DNA of 63,402 bases, filler included, from Octopus bimaculoides (GCF_001194135.2; 6 parts of 6 records of this genome joined end to end with filler, not necessarily neighbours in it); one strand, 5' to 3'. Counted from the whole stretch's first letter, positions 26,651 to 40,579 are shown. Translations and numbers: made by a program. Notes: a model not told the origin generated them from the letters alone.

Positions 26651-27586
26651 CAAAACCATTATAAGTACATACGTGTGTGTAATTGTGATCACGTAATATA
26701 AAATCAGAGTGAATTTTATATGTACTTAGAGGTCATTTCACATTTAATTAGGGTTCCGTCACAAAGTTTGTTCATTTTACTTTCAAATGCAAACAGAGCA
26801 AAATAACTCCCAGTAGACAGCAGTGGTGGCGTATAAAATAATCTGTCAGGACTATCAAAGGAATGCCACAGAGAATACCACTAGTTTTTGTCTTCGAAAT
26901 TTCGTCAAATAGCAGGTTTGTTTGAAAACCTTGCGTCTCAAGAAGTATAGCTACAACGGTTAGATGCTCACTGAAACATGTTTGACAGTATTTGACATAA
27001 ATATGTATACTAGACATTGATACTGAAGTAACTTTGATTCAGTTTCATTTAATAATGCGTACAGTGAATGAAAACCGTTCAATCGTTTCACATAAGATGA
27101 TGTTTGGATGCACATTTTCTTGAAGTTTATTTGGAATTGGCAACTATGAATGACAGAAGAGAGATTGCTTCCACTGAGAGATGTATGTTTGTTCTCTGCC
27201 AGGTTAGTAACTGACCAGATATGTTATTATTAAAGTCGGTTTCAATTTTCTTTCTTTTTTTTACCTTCTGAAAAGTTTATTTCCAAACAAGTTTTCTCTG
27301 AAATTATTTCAGCTACATTTTATTTCTATATTCATGAAATCGTATTTTCAGTATAATAACACAATTATTGATTTCTAACATAGGCACAACTCCATATTTT
27401 CTGAACAGGAAGTGGGGTTAATCACTTATAGTTAATGTTTTATTTTATCGACCCTAGAAGAAAGAAAGGTAGACAAAGTTGACTCGGTGCGATTTGAATT
27501 CATTATAAAGCGATGTAACTGGATATTACATCGTTTTATGACGGCTGTTGACGTAGAAAAAGGAAAGGACACATTAAATAATATAC

Positions 27587-27892
27587 GCACGACTCAGTGG
27601 CTAGAGCGTCGGGCTCACAGTCTTGGGGTAGTGAGTTCGATTCCTGAACTAGGCTGTGTGTTGTGTTCTTGAGCAACACACTTCATTTCACGTTGCTTCA
27701 GTTTACTCAGCTGTAGAAATGAGTTGCGACGTTACTAGTGCCAAGCTGTATCTGTCTTTACCTTTCCCTTGGATAACATCGGTGGCGCGAAGAGGGGAAG
27801 CTGGAATGCATGAGTGACTGCTGGTCTTCCATAACAAACTTGGTCGGACTTGTGCTATCCCATGGTCACTCATGACCGAAGGGGGTCTTTAC
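27587..27892 (+). mobile_element. tRNA-derived SINE with CORE-like central domain
   Basis: A box (ctcagtggctagagc), B box (gagttcgattcc), then tgtgttcttgagcaacacacttcatttcacgttgcttcagtttactcagctgtagaaatgagt. Confidence 0.7.
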
Positions 27893-27904
27893 CCCTACCC
27901 ACTA

Positions 27905-28218
27905 CACACTCCTAAGTATAAAATCGTTGGATTGCTTCATAGTTATTCAGTTATCTGATTAGGGAAATATTTCCTGTTTGGGGAATTCTTTATCCTTAAG
28001 TCTCTCGCCGTTTAGCCCAGCTTGAAGAATCCGTTTTGTGATTCTTTCTAGCAACATTCTAGTCACATGTTTGTAGTGCCAGAGCTGTCATCCTTCAATG
28101 CAGAGAAGTAGTGATTCTCTGATCTCTGAGCTACACTCTGTCGAGTAACGTTATTCCAAAGGTCCTTCTGAGGAATCCCATTCTGGCTGCTCGCATTCGC
28201 GATCGTATTATTTTGGCC
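27905..28218 (-). mobile_element. Decayed RTE-clade LINE C-terminal fragment
   Basis: RSRMRAARMGFLRRTFGITLLDRV matches the RTE QAAEMxFLRRIxGxTLLDRVR motif. Confidence 0.7.
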
Positions 28219-28220
28219 AT

Positions 28221-28430
28221 TACTCTTTTACTCTTTTACTTGTTTCAGTCATTTGACTGTGGCCATGCTGAAGCACCGCCTTTTAGTCGAGCAAATCGAC
28301 CCCAGGACTTATTCTTTGGAAGCCTAGTACTTATTCTATCGGTCTCTTTTGCCGAACCGCTAAGTTACGGGGACGTAAACACACCACCATCGGTTGTCAA
28401 TCAATGTTGGGGGAACAAACACAGACACAT
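28221..28430 (-). mobile_element. 3' half of the 52846-type SINE, cut by a gap
   Basis: cttgtttcagtcatttgactgtggccatgctg...cgaccccaggacttattc matches the 52846 copy. Confidence 0.8.
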
Positions 28431-29029
28431 ACATATATATATATAACTTCCCCTTATATATATATATANNNNNNNNNNNNNNNNNNNNNNNNNNNNNNNN
28501 NNNNNNNNNNNNNNNNNNNNNNNNNNNNNNNNNNNNNNNNNNNNNNNNNNNNNNNNNNNNNNNNNNNNNNNNNNNNNNNNNNNNNNNNNNNNNNNNNNNN
28601 NNNNNNNNNNNNNNNNNNNNNNNNNNNNNNNNNNNNNNNNNNNNNNNNNNNNNNNNNNNNNNNNNNNNNNNNNNNNNNNNNNNNNNNNNNNNNNNNNNNN
28701 NNNNNNNNNNNNNNNNNNNNNNNNNNNNNNNNNNNNNNNNNNNNNNNNNNNNNNNNNNNNNNNNNNNNNNNNNNNNNNNNNNNNNNNNNNNNNNNNNNNN
28801 NNNNNNNNNNNNNNNNNNNNNNNNNNNNNNNNNNNNNNNNNNNNNNNNNNNNNNNNNNNNNNNNNNNNNNNNNNNNNNNNNNNNNNNNNNNNNNNNNNNN
28901 NNNNNNNNNNTCTCTCCCCCCTATGACTTTCCCAGGATCAGTGGGCGGAGAAAATGAATGGATGAAATTCTTTATCCGTTTTTTTCCACTAATAAAAGTA
29001 CTTTTATACTCTCAAGATTCGAAAAATCT

Positions 29030-29560
29030 ATACTACTGATTCTGCGAACCATTGTTGCAGGACTTACGTGTGAAAGCTATATAATATGAAAATTCTTAGA
29101 TAAAACTTCACAAACTTTACATATATCAAATCAATAACTTTTTATAGAATACACTATAATAGCTCAGTTCTTTATGAAAAAAAAAAAACTGGAATAATCT
29201 CAATCCCAATTTCTTTTGAAGTTACAAATCTTTACTCTCAGATTTAGCAATCGAAGAAGGTTAGACGTACTTATAAAAATAATTGAAAATAAATGTCCCA
29301 AGAGCATTATTCTAGGAGCTATTAATTTGATTATGGTAAATAACAGTTTGTTTATTTTCCCGACAAGAGTTCAGCATCAGGATGGGAACAACAGTTCACC
29401 AACATATGTTGCCCTTTATTTGGTTACATGCGGCGATGGGGATCTACGCAGGCACTGTGAAAGAATATCTCGAAAAACTTTTCGGCCATACATTGAGAAG
29501 AAATACTTCTTAGGTGATCATGGGAAAAATAAGAAGAATTAAATAATTTTCACATCTTAA
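29030..29560 (+). mobile_element. Penelope-like element (PLE) reverse transcriptase relic
   Basis: Frame-shifted motifs LRTIVAGLTCE, ISFEVTNLYSQI (VSFDVTNLYTNI-like), LIMVNNSLF, MGT, SPTYVALY and YIEKKYFLGD occur in PLE order. Confidence 0.65.
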
Positions 29561-29880
29561 AACAACGTACATCCGGTTCTTTAATTCACAATACGATTCT
29601 ATCTAAAGTGCACTAATTGTAAAAGACTGAAAGGCTATAAATACAGCTAAAAATTGAGAAGTCGAAAACAATATTTAATATATGTATCATCTAACGCGTT
29701 CGAGCCGACAGAATCGTTCGCACGCCGGACAAAATATTAGCAGTATTTCGTCCGTCTTTACGTTCTCAGTACAAAAACCCGCCAAGGTCGACTTTGCCTC
29801 TCATCTTTTCGTGAGCACTGGGGTCAATGCAATCGAGTTTACTGGCCTTGTGCCAAAATTTGAAATCAATATATGTATCA

Positions 29881-30090
29881 TCTATATTATAATAAGAGCC
29901 GTGTTTCTCTGTCCGTCCGTCACACGCTATCTTGAGATCAAGATAATTTTCTAGTAGCTTATTTGGGAAAACAAAATTAAAAACAGTGAATTTACTCATT
30001 GGGTTCATAAATCTAACGTAAGAAAAAATATGGTTTGTGTCATTTTTTGGTGAAAATTAAATTTTTCCACACATGCCACTAAAAAAATAG
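29881..30090 (+). mobile_element. Helitron-like 5' end
   Basis: A|TCTATATTATAATAAGAGCCGTGTTTCTCTGTCCGTCCGTCACACG; no 3' end was found. Confidence 0.4.
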
Positions 30091-30689
30091 TCTTACAAGC
30101 CGGCATGAATGTTGATTAGTGTTTTTGTAAGCGAATCCAGAGTAGAGAACCTGTTACGTGTAAATACTGCATACATTGCTTATCAAGATAATGTAAAATA
30201 GCGGTGAACCTGTGAGCGCTGAAGAATTCTCTTAAATTCGCACAGTCTGCTTGCGACACCATTGAGTTGTAACGTTACAAATAGTAATACTAACTACCAA
30301 CGTTAACTTACAACTTGTTGGCTATGCTAACATAGGCCACTAAATTCACATAAACAACTGAACGACCAAACGAATATAATTAGTTCAGGAAATAAGTAAA
30401 ACCGAGTATTTACGTAAGGAATAACTGAATATGCACAACATATATTTGAAGTTAGTTGTACAGACAAGATAACTGTAAAATGTCTTTAGAGGCTGAGTGG
30501 CCGGAGTATCCACGTAATGTGTACATGAATGTATGTACTTACATATGTGTTGAGAATAATGTCATGATATTATAGATTATGCCTATGGTTTCTCGTATTC
30601 TTTAACTCCGAGGAGGATATCTACTGTCCACATTGTTAGCCGTACAAATAACTGAATTCGAAGAAAGCACAACCACATGGAGCACTCAG

Positions 30690-33130
30690 TAGGGGACGTG
30701 GTGGCGGGAGAGAACTAGAGTCGAAGAAGAGTCCTGGTAAAGAAATACATTAATTGCCTGGGTAGAAAGAAGCAACGAGGAAGAATGGGAAATAAAAGAT
30801 GACGTGGGAGTCACGGAGGATTCTTCTGATATGGAATCGCAATATAATACTTTATCTCCGCAGTTTCCTTGTCAAGATGATGTTTCAATTGAAAATGATA
30901 AAGGAGATTTTAGAACGTTTTTGCAAAGAAACAATTCTGGCTGTTTGAAGAAAATGGTTCCAGATAACTTGAAAGTGACAATAGTACAATATGGCCCTGA
31001 AAGATATCAAAATAAAAGCTGTCCGTTTACTAAGAAGGATGGGAGATCCCTTTCCAAATGGTGTTTTGAGAAAGTTTCTACAAACAGGAAAATTGGGAGA
31101 AGAAAAGGCTGTTATACTCTCCATACTGGGAAGATTTCTTCACTTTGAGAAAACTGAATTCGCGAATATCAGACTATGAGACAAGCCCTTCTCATGGAGT
31201 TCATATGTGCGAATACCCGAAATTCGTAGTTCGACTCTAATGGTTGACTACGAGAGATGATGAACTTCAACAGCAAATTTCTGATGAAATAAAAAAATTT
31301 GAAAAAATTTTTAAAAATGGAAAGCTATAATTGAATAGATTGTTGTCTTTGTATAATTTCTGGCAGAACAGAATTTGGTTTTACGTGGGCATCGACGAGA
31401 AAGAATATCTTAATTTATAGGACCCAGCCGAAGCGATGAAACATTTTAGCAACGATCAGAATTTTAGCCAAGTATAATGTAAACTTAGCAGAACACTTGT
31501 AAAGAGGGACAGAAAAACAGAGAAAAAAAAAACGTCACCTCCTGGTCTAGCAGAAGGCAAAGCGAAATAATCGATCTCTTTGGTGAAAACATCAAGAAAA
31601 ATATTCTGAAATTAAGGATACAAAATATTTTAGCATAATACTAGCTTCAACCCCAGATTTTACCCATAAAGATCAAGTTTCCGAAATTGTGTGTTACGTA
31701 GATATTGATGATAATAGAAAAATAGAAATAAAGGAGATATTTCTGAGATTTTTTCAAATCAACAAAAAAGATGCAGAAAGCTTGGAAAATATAATTTTAG
31801 TAAAATTGGAGAACAAAATTTCTATCAATGTGTCGCGACCAAGTATATGATAATGCATCTGTTATGGCTGGAGAGAAGGGAAGTGTGTGGAGGCGCAATG
31901 GCCCAGTGGTTAGGGCAGCGGACTCGCGGTCATAGGATCGCGGTTTCGATTCCCAGACCGGGCGTTGTGAGTGTTAATTGAGCGAAAACACCTAAAGCTC
32001 CACGAGGCTCCGGCAGGGGATGGTGGTGAACCCTGCTGTACTCTTCCACCACAACTTTCTCTCACTCTTTCTTCCTGTTTCTGTTGTACCTGTATTTCAA
32101 AGGGGCCAGCCTTATCACACTGTGTCACGCTGAATATCCCCGAAAACTACGTTAAGGGTACACGTGTCTGTGGAGGGCTCAGCCACTTGCACGTTAATTT
32201 CACGAGCAGGCTGTCCCGTTGATCGGATCGACTGGAACATTCGACGTTGTAAGCAACGGAGTGCCACTAAGAAGGGAAGTGTCCCCCAAAATTGTTGATG
32301 TTAATCAAAAAGTTGTGTTTGTGAATTACGAGGGTCAGAGCCTCAGTTTAGCTTATGTCTATTCAAGTGAGGCACGGCCTGTTTATTACATTATTCTAAG
32401 TTTTGGGAAAACTGTTTGCCTTTTTTTCTTCATCTACTTCTCTTTGAGAAATGTTAAAATCACTTATCTCTCGGACTGTAAAAAGACAGTGTGATAAAAA
32501 GCGACAGTTCCCACCATGATGATGTGAAAGCAATCTACGAAGAGTGCAACAATGTTATTTCAGACTTGGAGGAAAAAAGAATTTTTTAAGGATACCCATT
32601 CTCATGAAGGATTACTTCTGAAGTCTTTTCAACGATTCCTATTAAATTTTTTTTATTAAATTAAGTTTTTGCTACTCAATTTTATCATTAATGGAGAGTT
32701 TCAAAATGCTCGAAGGATTCGAAAATGGAGCTCCTAGAAGTTCCTTGTGCCTGAAAGAACTTATCCAAATCTTGGATTTGAAAAATGATAAAATTATCTA
32801 CATTGCTATACATTCAGTTAATGAATATTTGAAAAATGGGGGATACCAACTGTAAAACAAGGAGCGTAATGCCTGGAGAATCGACAGGAGTCAGTGGACT
32901 GACGGCACAACAAGATATGGATACGAGTAGAGTAACAGTAGAGGCTGTGAACCGATTAAAATCGAAATGGAAGACCGCAGTGTTCGCCATCGAAACTTCA
33001 GACATCGATTTTCTTTTCTTCAGAATTTGAATTCAGTTATAAGTAAGAGAAAGATTTTTTTAAATGTTATTTTCAGATTTTGCAGTTCATTATGATAATG
33101 ATGGGACAGTCATTGTGTTATGTGATGAAA
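30690..33130 (+). pseudogene. hAT transposase relic (DUF4371/ZMYM1-like type), interrupted by a SINE
   Basis: FLAEQNLVLRGH; NILATIRILAKYNVNLAEHL; EIKDTKYFSIILASTPDFTHKDQVS; CRDQVYDNASVMAGEKGSV; after the SINE, PKIVDVNQKVVFVNYEGQSLSL and LFAFFSSST. Many stops and frameshifts. Confidence 0.85.
31887..32269 (+). mobile_element. Young full-length tRNA-derived SINE with 13-bp TSD
   Basis: A box tggcccagtggttag, B box ggtttcgattccc; TSD agaagggaagtgt at 31874-31886 and 32270-32282. Confidence 0.9.
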
Positions 33131-33344
33131 TTATTGACTAAATGCAGTTTTCTCTGATCCGCAAAATGATCGATGTAATTTTCCAGGGGCTATTTCAGGG
33201 GCAATTTCACTTTTTTTAGAATTTTGAAACTAAAAGAGTTACATCATTTTTACCCAGTCAGAAAACAAGATTGGGAAGCTGTCATTTTGTGCAAGACATC
33301 ACGTGTTGTTGTCAACTGTTAACAAATGAAATACTGGCGGAATT

Positions 33345-33861
33345 CTGCTTCGCGCACACCATATAACCCCTGATAACTTTTATTTTTGGGAATTTACAGG
33401 AAACTTTGGCGAATTTGTATTCTACACACGAGAATTCATACGATTATGCAAAAATCAAAATTGAAATTCTTTTGGTGCGTGATTTAAGGCCTATTTAGCT
33501 GTTATTTTTAACACATCACATGACTAACTCATACCTCGTGTTTTAAGCATTTAAGCAGTTTAAAACGACCATGTGGCTTGACAGGACCACAACAGAGGGA
33601 TAAGCAGCTTGATAACTGCTTGGTTTGTTATTATGGAAACAGGCACCTCTATGTCTGTGGCTTTCAAGTGACTAAAATTACCCAAAATTCGCAACATTTA
33701 AAAGCTAACTCTTTATTTATTGATTTATGGCGAAAATGAATTCCATATCAATGATTACCATACAGAACTACACCAAAACACCCAATATGAAATCAATTGG
33801 AACAAACATTGAAGAAACTTAAAAGCAGCAGCCAAACAGAAACGATCCAACAACGGCAACC
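33345..33861 (+). mobile_element. Inverted second copy of the 22770 element
   Basis: Reverse-complement similarity to 22770-23270 along its length. Confidence 0.65.
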
Positions 33862-34933
33862 ACATTTTTCATTGTTCTATCCATGTACATGTGCGCGCAT
33901 GTACATGTGCGTGTGTGTACAACATTCTTGGAAGCATATCAAGAATTCCTGCCTGCAATGGGTGCATATGAACTGACTTAGGATAAAGAAAGGCAGACCA
34001 GAAGATAGAGTGTGGTGTAAGATAAAAAGATAGTAATGTTTATAAGTTATCTAATTATCAGTGTTTGTGTTACAGTTTTGTAAATTTTCTTTTATCAATT
34101 TTCATTGATAACAACTTAAAACCAGAAGGATATGTATAAGTATATATATATATACATATATACATATATACATATANNNNNNNNNNNNNNNNNNNNNNNN
34201 NNNNNNNNNNNNNNNNNNNNNNNNNNNNNNNNNNNNNNNNNNNNNNNNNNNNNNNNNNNNNNNNNNNNNNNNNNNNNNNNNNNNNNNNNNNNNNNNNNNN
34301 NNNNNNNNNNNNNNNNNNNNNNNNNNNNNNNNNNNNNNNNNNNNNNNNNNNNNNNNNNNNNNNNNNNNNNNNNNNNNNNNNNNNNNNNNNNNNNNNNNNN
34401 NNNNNNNNNNNNNNNNNNNNNNNNNNNNNNNNNNNNNNNNNNNNNNNNNNNNNNNNNNNNNNNNNNNNNNNNNNNNNNNNNNNNNNNNNNNNNNNNNNNN
34501 NNNNNNNNNNNNNNNNNNNNNNNNNNNNNNNNNNNNNNNNNNNNNNNNNNNNNNNNNNNNNNNNNNNNNNNNNNNNNNNNNNNNNNNNNNNNNNNNNNNN
34601 NNNNNNNNNNNNNNNNNNNNNNNNNNNNNNNNNNNNNNNNNNNNNNNNNNNNNNNNNNNNNNNNNNNNNNNNNNNNNNNNNNNNNNNNNNNNNNNNNNNN
34701 NNNNATATATATATGTATATATATGCACTTGTATGTATACATATGTATATGGATATGTGTGTGTGTCAGCGTGCATATCTGTCTTTTTGTTGGTATGTAC
34801 GTATGCTTTCTGTATTCTATCTATCTATCTATCTATCTATCTGTCTATCTGTCTGTCTGTCTGTCTGTCTGCCTGTCTGTCTGTTTGTCTGTCTGTCTGT
34901 CTATCTATCTATTTATCTATCTATCTCTGTGTG

Positions 34934-34983
<50 letters not shown>

Positions 34984-35855
34984 TATACGTGTGTGTGTGT
35001 GTGTGTGTAATCTTGCATGTATATATACACATATGCATGCAAGAATACACACACACACACACACACACACAAGCACTCGTACGCTCACGAATTTACACAC
35101 ACAAACACAGGCACATACACACACACATACAGAAGAAAAAAACAAAACTTGCAGCAATAACCTAAATTTCTGATGGAGCCTTAATAGGACGTGAGTTACC
35201 TCAAGAGCATCAGAATTTCCGACGTTCATGCTCCTCTCAAAAAGCATTTGTCTCTTCAGCAAATGTCGCAACAACTCCATTACGATATTCTTCGCTTCTT
35301 TATAATTTATGTGGAATAATCTAACGGTGAAAGATTCTGCTATAGTATTCCCTTTGTATTGGAACAGACAGAGTGTTCAGAAAATATCGATCTGGTGTGT
35401 TTGTCAGGAGAATATTTCCAGTGATTGGGCAGATAGAGATCGATATTTTACGAGAAGTCGCTAACACATTCGGCTCTTTCTCAAGGCCATTATCTCACTA
35501 TTTGATTACGCGCGCGCGCGCGCGTTCACGGTACGTGGGTGGCTGCTTGCTTGGGGACACGCTATATCTGCGCATTATAATATACATATATACATATACA
35601 TGCACACACACACGTACATGCATGCGTGTGTGTGTGTGTGTGTATGTACATACATACCTTATAATATATATCGTTTGTAAAAAGCATAAATCCGAAAGAA
35701 GCACACTCCAAGATGTAGAGCAGTATATATATATATATATATATATANNNNNNNNNNNNNNNNNNNNNNNNNNNNNNNNNNNNNNNNNNNNTTAATTAAT
35801 TAANNNNNNNNNNNNNNNNNNNNNNNNNNNNNNNNNNNNNNNNNNNNTATATATA

Positions 35856-35888
<33 letters not shown>

Positions 35889-35972
35889 GTGTGTGTGTGT
35901 GTTTATATATATATTTATATGATTGTATATATGTATGCATGCATGAATGTTTATATCTCTGTATGTATCTCC

Positions 35973-36006
<34 letters not shown>

Positions 36007-36824
36007 TTATATTCATATATATATACATTGTTACGTACATGCATACGTATATGCATAAACACACTTACGCACACATATACTACAAGAATCCAATATATAA
36101 ATAGTGTAAGTGGAAATGATCCCCTAGTAATTCAATGATAGATTGTCTAGACAACATTTATTACTACAATTATTTTTAGAGAGCGTATTACCATTTCTCG
36201 TATTTTCAGTTTATTTCAGTCAATTCAATTTTATGACCTCAAATTGCAAAAGTGAATGTAGCAAATGTCAAATTAGGAATCAGCATAGATCAATCAATCT
36301 TCCTACATCGATGGAAATGTGTAATTACAAGCGCTTGGTTTTACTCCATTTTATATGTACGGAATATTATTGAAACGTTTTGACATATCAAATACTTCCT
36401 TACTAAACTCTGGATATCTGCCGCTCTACAAAAACACTGTTATATTGAAACGTGAACATGAGTTTTTGTTAAAGAAATTACACAGAAGGAATAAAAGTAT
36501 GACTGATAATGCGAAATGTTGGTGTATTTATCGAAACATATCTTTTACATAATAACCACATTAATAGTACAGAGGACTAATCACATGGCTATGCGTCCGG
36601 ATTTATAACTGTACATAACAAAAATCGATCTCACTCCTTAGTGTATTATATTTCTCATCAATTTAATTTTGTATCACTAGCTGTTTCTTTTGATAAGAAT
36701 TATCATTATTAATAATGTGTTTCTCCTACAGTTGAACATTATTTTATGATTCAGCACTTTTGGTAAGTTGGTGAGGTATTTTAATCTCAAAGTGATACAT
36801 GTTATACATAAAAGCACAAAGACT

Positions 36825-36861
<37 letters not shown>

Positions 36862-38212
36862 GCTTTCAGAATCGTTAGAACGTCGGGTAAGATACTTAGC
36901 GGCATATAGTAAGTGTCTACGTTCTGAGTTCAAATTCTACCGACGCCATCTTTGCCTTTAACACTCTCTTGTACTGGGAGTAATATGACCAGTTTACACC
37001 CTCTCCCATCATTTCAGGCCTTGTGCCTATAGCAGAAAGGATGTTTAAATACTGAACTTCACAGTCGTAACCCAGATTTTCCATTCGCATATTATTTCAG
37101 AATACGCACTGAACTATAACAAAGGATCTTCAACTTAGACGTGATAATTTGTATGTAGTTTAGCTCCAATGAAGCTACAAAAGTTATGGTTATCAAATGT
37201 GATAATGTAAGGTGCATTGTAGATATAACTGCAAATTTATTAGAATTATTGAAGATTATTCTGATTTCACGGCTGCTAGCACTCGCTCTTGTACTATGCT
37301 TATGGTTAAACAAAACAATACCTCGGGGAGGCAACAATGAAACACATCCAAATATTAGGTTTTCTATTTTATGACAAATTATTGTTTACCAATTTTTGAG
37401 AGGGAAATTATTAGCAACACCCAAGTATGAACACAGAGCAACAATATCAGTGATTTGGACTGAAGGAATTGGCTCATATTAAACACTACAAACAAGTGTA
37501 CTGAACAGAACATTACAAATACAGAGAGTGCAGCAATTGTGTTCGTCTGCTGTACATGTAACAAATTCGGTTGCATCTAACAACATTATATAACATATAT
37601 ACGTAGAGACATTATATGCATGTATATTTATACATGAATATAAAGTTAAACATATGCACAAATAAATGAAATAAAAATATACGTGTACATATGACTAGAT
37701 TCTGAGCCTCTTTCAATCGTGTCGATGTCCACTTCCCCTCACTGGAAAGCAATTTCATTTTATCTAAACAAAATATGTTCAAAAATATACTAAAATAGGA
37801 TTTTTTCATGTCATTAGCGCACATATATCCGAAAGAAAACCGTTTGAAAATATGCTCCATAATCTTCTACGGAATTATCTTACGAAATTTATGATAGTTT
37901 CATATTATTTACTAAGAACAAACGTGTGATTTAATTACATTCTCACTATCATATGCATAAAACAGCGAAACATGGATGTGTCTGTAAATAAAATTATATC
38001 TGTTAAGTATAAATGAACGCGTTCTTTTGTTATTATTTGTCTCTCTTCCAGGACATATTCAAAATATATTTTAGGCGTTTACTGATTCGTATTCCTCCTT
38101 AATTACCTATGAAGACGCTCGTGAAGAATGAAAATGCCTTTTACTCTTCGAGCCTATGCTCTTCAACAGAAAGGAAGAGAAAATAAACAGACAATGAAAA
38201 AACATGTAGATT

Positions 38213-38244
<32 letters not shown>

Positions 38245-38310
38245 CGTTTGATTGTGTGCCTGTGTTTGTGTGTACGCACACACAAACACACACACTCACA
38301 CACACACACA

Positions 38311-38348
<38 letters not shown>

Positions 38349-39386
38349 TATATAGTACTGCATCAGCTGATTCAATTATCAGCAATCCACAGCACATACA
38401 CTCTGCTATTATGATACTATGAAGTAGTGCTCATTGAATGACAAGATATCCTTCTCTTCAAGACTGGATCAAAGAACTTTTCAGCATTAGCGAATATATA
38501 TATATTATTGATTGAAATCCATATGCAGAAATATCTTTTGAGTCACGCGTTAATAAACGTATGATACTCATTTCACACCAACTTATAATTTTATGTAGAA
38601 ATTACCTTCCATTTTATCAAATTAACGTTCTGTGTCATTCAGAAGAAATAGGTTTTTTTCCTTATCATTTGTGTCTGATTATGGCATTTCCCTTGTTGAT
38701 CATTTGGGAACTAACTACACTTCGTATATATCTAAATGTACTTTTGATTTCTCTCCGCCGTTCGATTCGGTTTATGTATTCAACATGTTGAATACCAACA
38801 TGTTGAATACCAACATGTTCTTCACCTTTATATATATATATATATATATGCATCTCATTCAACAGAGGTGTATTCAATGCTTTCCTTTTTTCGTTTCATT
38901 TACATATTATTGTTCTTAACCTGTTCTCATGGTCTTCGTAGCTTGTTTAAAGATGAATATTCCGTTAATAGTTCATGGATGATATATAAATCGACAGTAC
39001 GTCAGTAGAAGTAACTGATTTCACCACCACTATAAACAAAACATATTTTCAGCTTAGCTTTATGTTCTTCAAAATATACACATATATACACACACACACA
39101 CAAACATGATTCAGAGTGGTTCTTTAATATAGCACGTTCCATGTTATTCTTATCGAATGTTACTCTTATCGAATGCGTCGTTTGTAGTTCCTTTTTTATT
39201 CACATTGAATACATAGTATTGAACATATACAAAAAATATTATTATTGTTATTATTGTTATTATTATGTTGTTTTTTCTTCTTTCTTCAAATTTTCTTCCA
39301 TTTCTCGCCGAGGTCTTTCGTACACCTAGGGAAGAGAAACTCATTGTATGCATTCCCAAGTTATACACGCACTGGTGATGTATAAG

Positions 39387-39809
39387 TGCAGTACCAGGCA
39401 CTGGCTACGCCCTGATGTAGTGCAAGGGACTGACTGTGGCTTCATTCAGTACCAAGCACTAGAAATTTATCAATGCAGTACCAGGCACTGGCTCTCACGT
39501 CTTCTGATGTTAACTTATTGGAAGTGTTTCCATGTACAAGTTTTGTCTTGGTATAAAACATGGACTCTGATCATGAGCAGAAGTAGTGGGGGAGCATCAA
39601 TGCTTTGTGTTGACAGGAATTCTTTGAAGTTTGAATAATTCACCTCTGGCGGGCATGGATATTTCGTTCAAAATCCTAATACAAATTTTATTCAGGGATC
39701 TTTTCCGGGCGATGAGGTCTCGACCTGAGGAGAATTCGAATTGGCCCGACCTGAAAGAACATATGCTTTTTATCTTAATATGAGATCACTATGTTGGGCA
39801 CATGTGGCT
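39387..39809 (+). mobile_element. Partial copy of the non-tRNA repeat seen at 58519, with duplicated 5' end
   Basis: gcagtaccaggcactggct occurs twice; gagcagaagtagtgggggagcatca is shared with the 58519 copy. Confidence 0.75.
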
Positions 39810-40040
39810 AAAAATATAAGAAATATAATATGTTATGGGATTTTAAAATTCACACTGACAGATCAACAGAAGCTGAGAAGCTCCGTTTTATAGTTGGAAA
39901 GAAAGAAAAGAGTAATTGAATTTACAATCCCAAATGATGATAAAGTCAAAATGAGAGGTATAGAGAAAGAGAAAAGTACCAGGTCCTAGTCATTGAGTTA
40001 TCAAATCTGTGGAAAGTGTGGGAAAATAAGTTAATAATAA
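39810..40040 (+). mobile_element. Old R4/Dong endonuclease fragment
   Basis: YNMLWDFKIHTDR...IEFTIPNDDKVKMRGIEKEK. Confidence 0.65.
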
Positions 40041-40579
40041 TCTTAATCAATAGAGGATATGTTAATTATAATTATATTTAAAAATCTTTCTATATCGCAC
40101 AAGACCGCACTTTCCACTACCGTTGGTGTAAGGCTTCCACTTGGCCAAGATGCTCCAGTGAATCTTATAGCTCACAACGTTTTCTTTTATGGACGATATA
40201 TAACTGGATAACTTGGTTGTTTTCCCTTTTTCCCAGTGTATTTCGTGCATATACAGACTTACACACTGACACATATATATGCATGTATACATAGCTAAAC
40301 ACACACTCACACACCCATATATATATATGAATATACATGTATGAATGTATTTATATATATATATATATTATACATGCAATGTTAATTCTCTAAATGAAGT
40401 ATTAACAGTAACTGCACGATAAAGTGTAGTATATTGCCACTTAAGTGTGGCTGACCCCTGGGGGTGGATGTTACTGTTGCTTTTAGCCCCAGGAGGACAT
40501 CTCCTCCAGCTGGCTTATCGACACACTACTGTGTCCTGTTTGCCAAGGGAAGTTATCCCTCCCATCTTGATCTGTAGCA

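Noticed and set aside
31275-31310. ctgatgaaataaaaaaatttgaaa hammerhead-like string
   Set aside because: It is an A/T-only chance match inside the hAT relic, with no stem I or III.
35160-35480. Mariner transposase N-terminus on the minus strand
   Set aside because: Only a faint resemblance, with no DD34D region and no TIR.
36143-36552. Two short ORFs, one with a hydrophobic start and cysteines
   Set aside because: The first starts at a non-ATG codon, both are short, and neither has homology cues.
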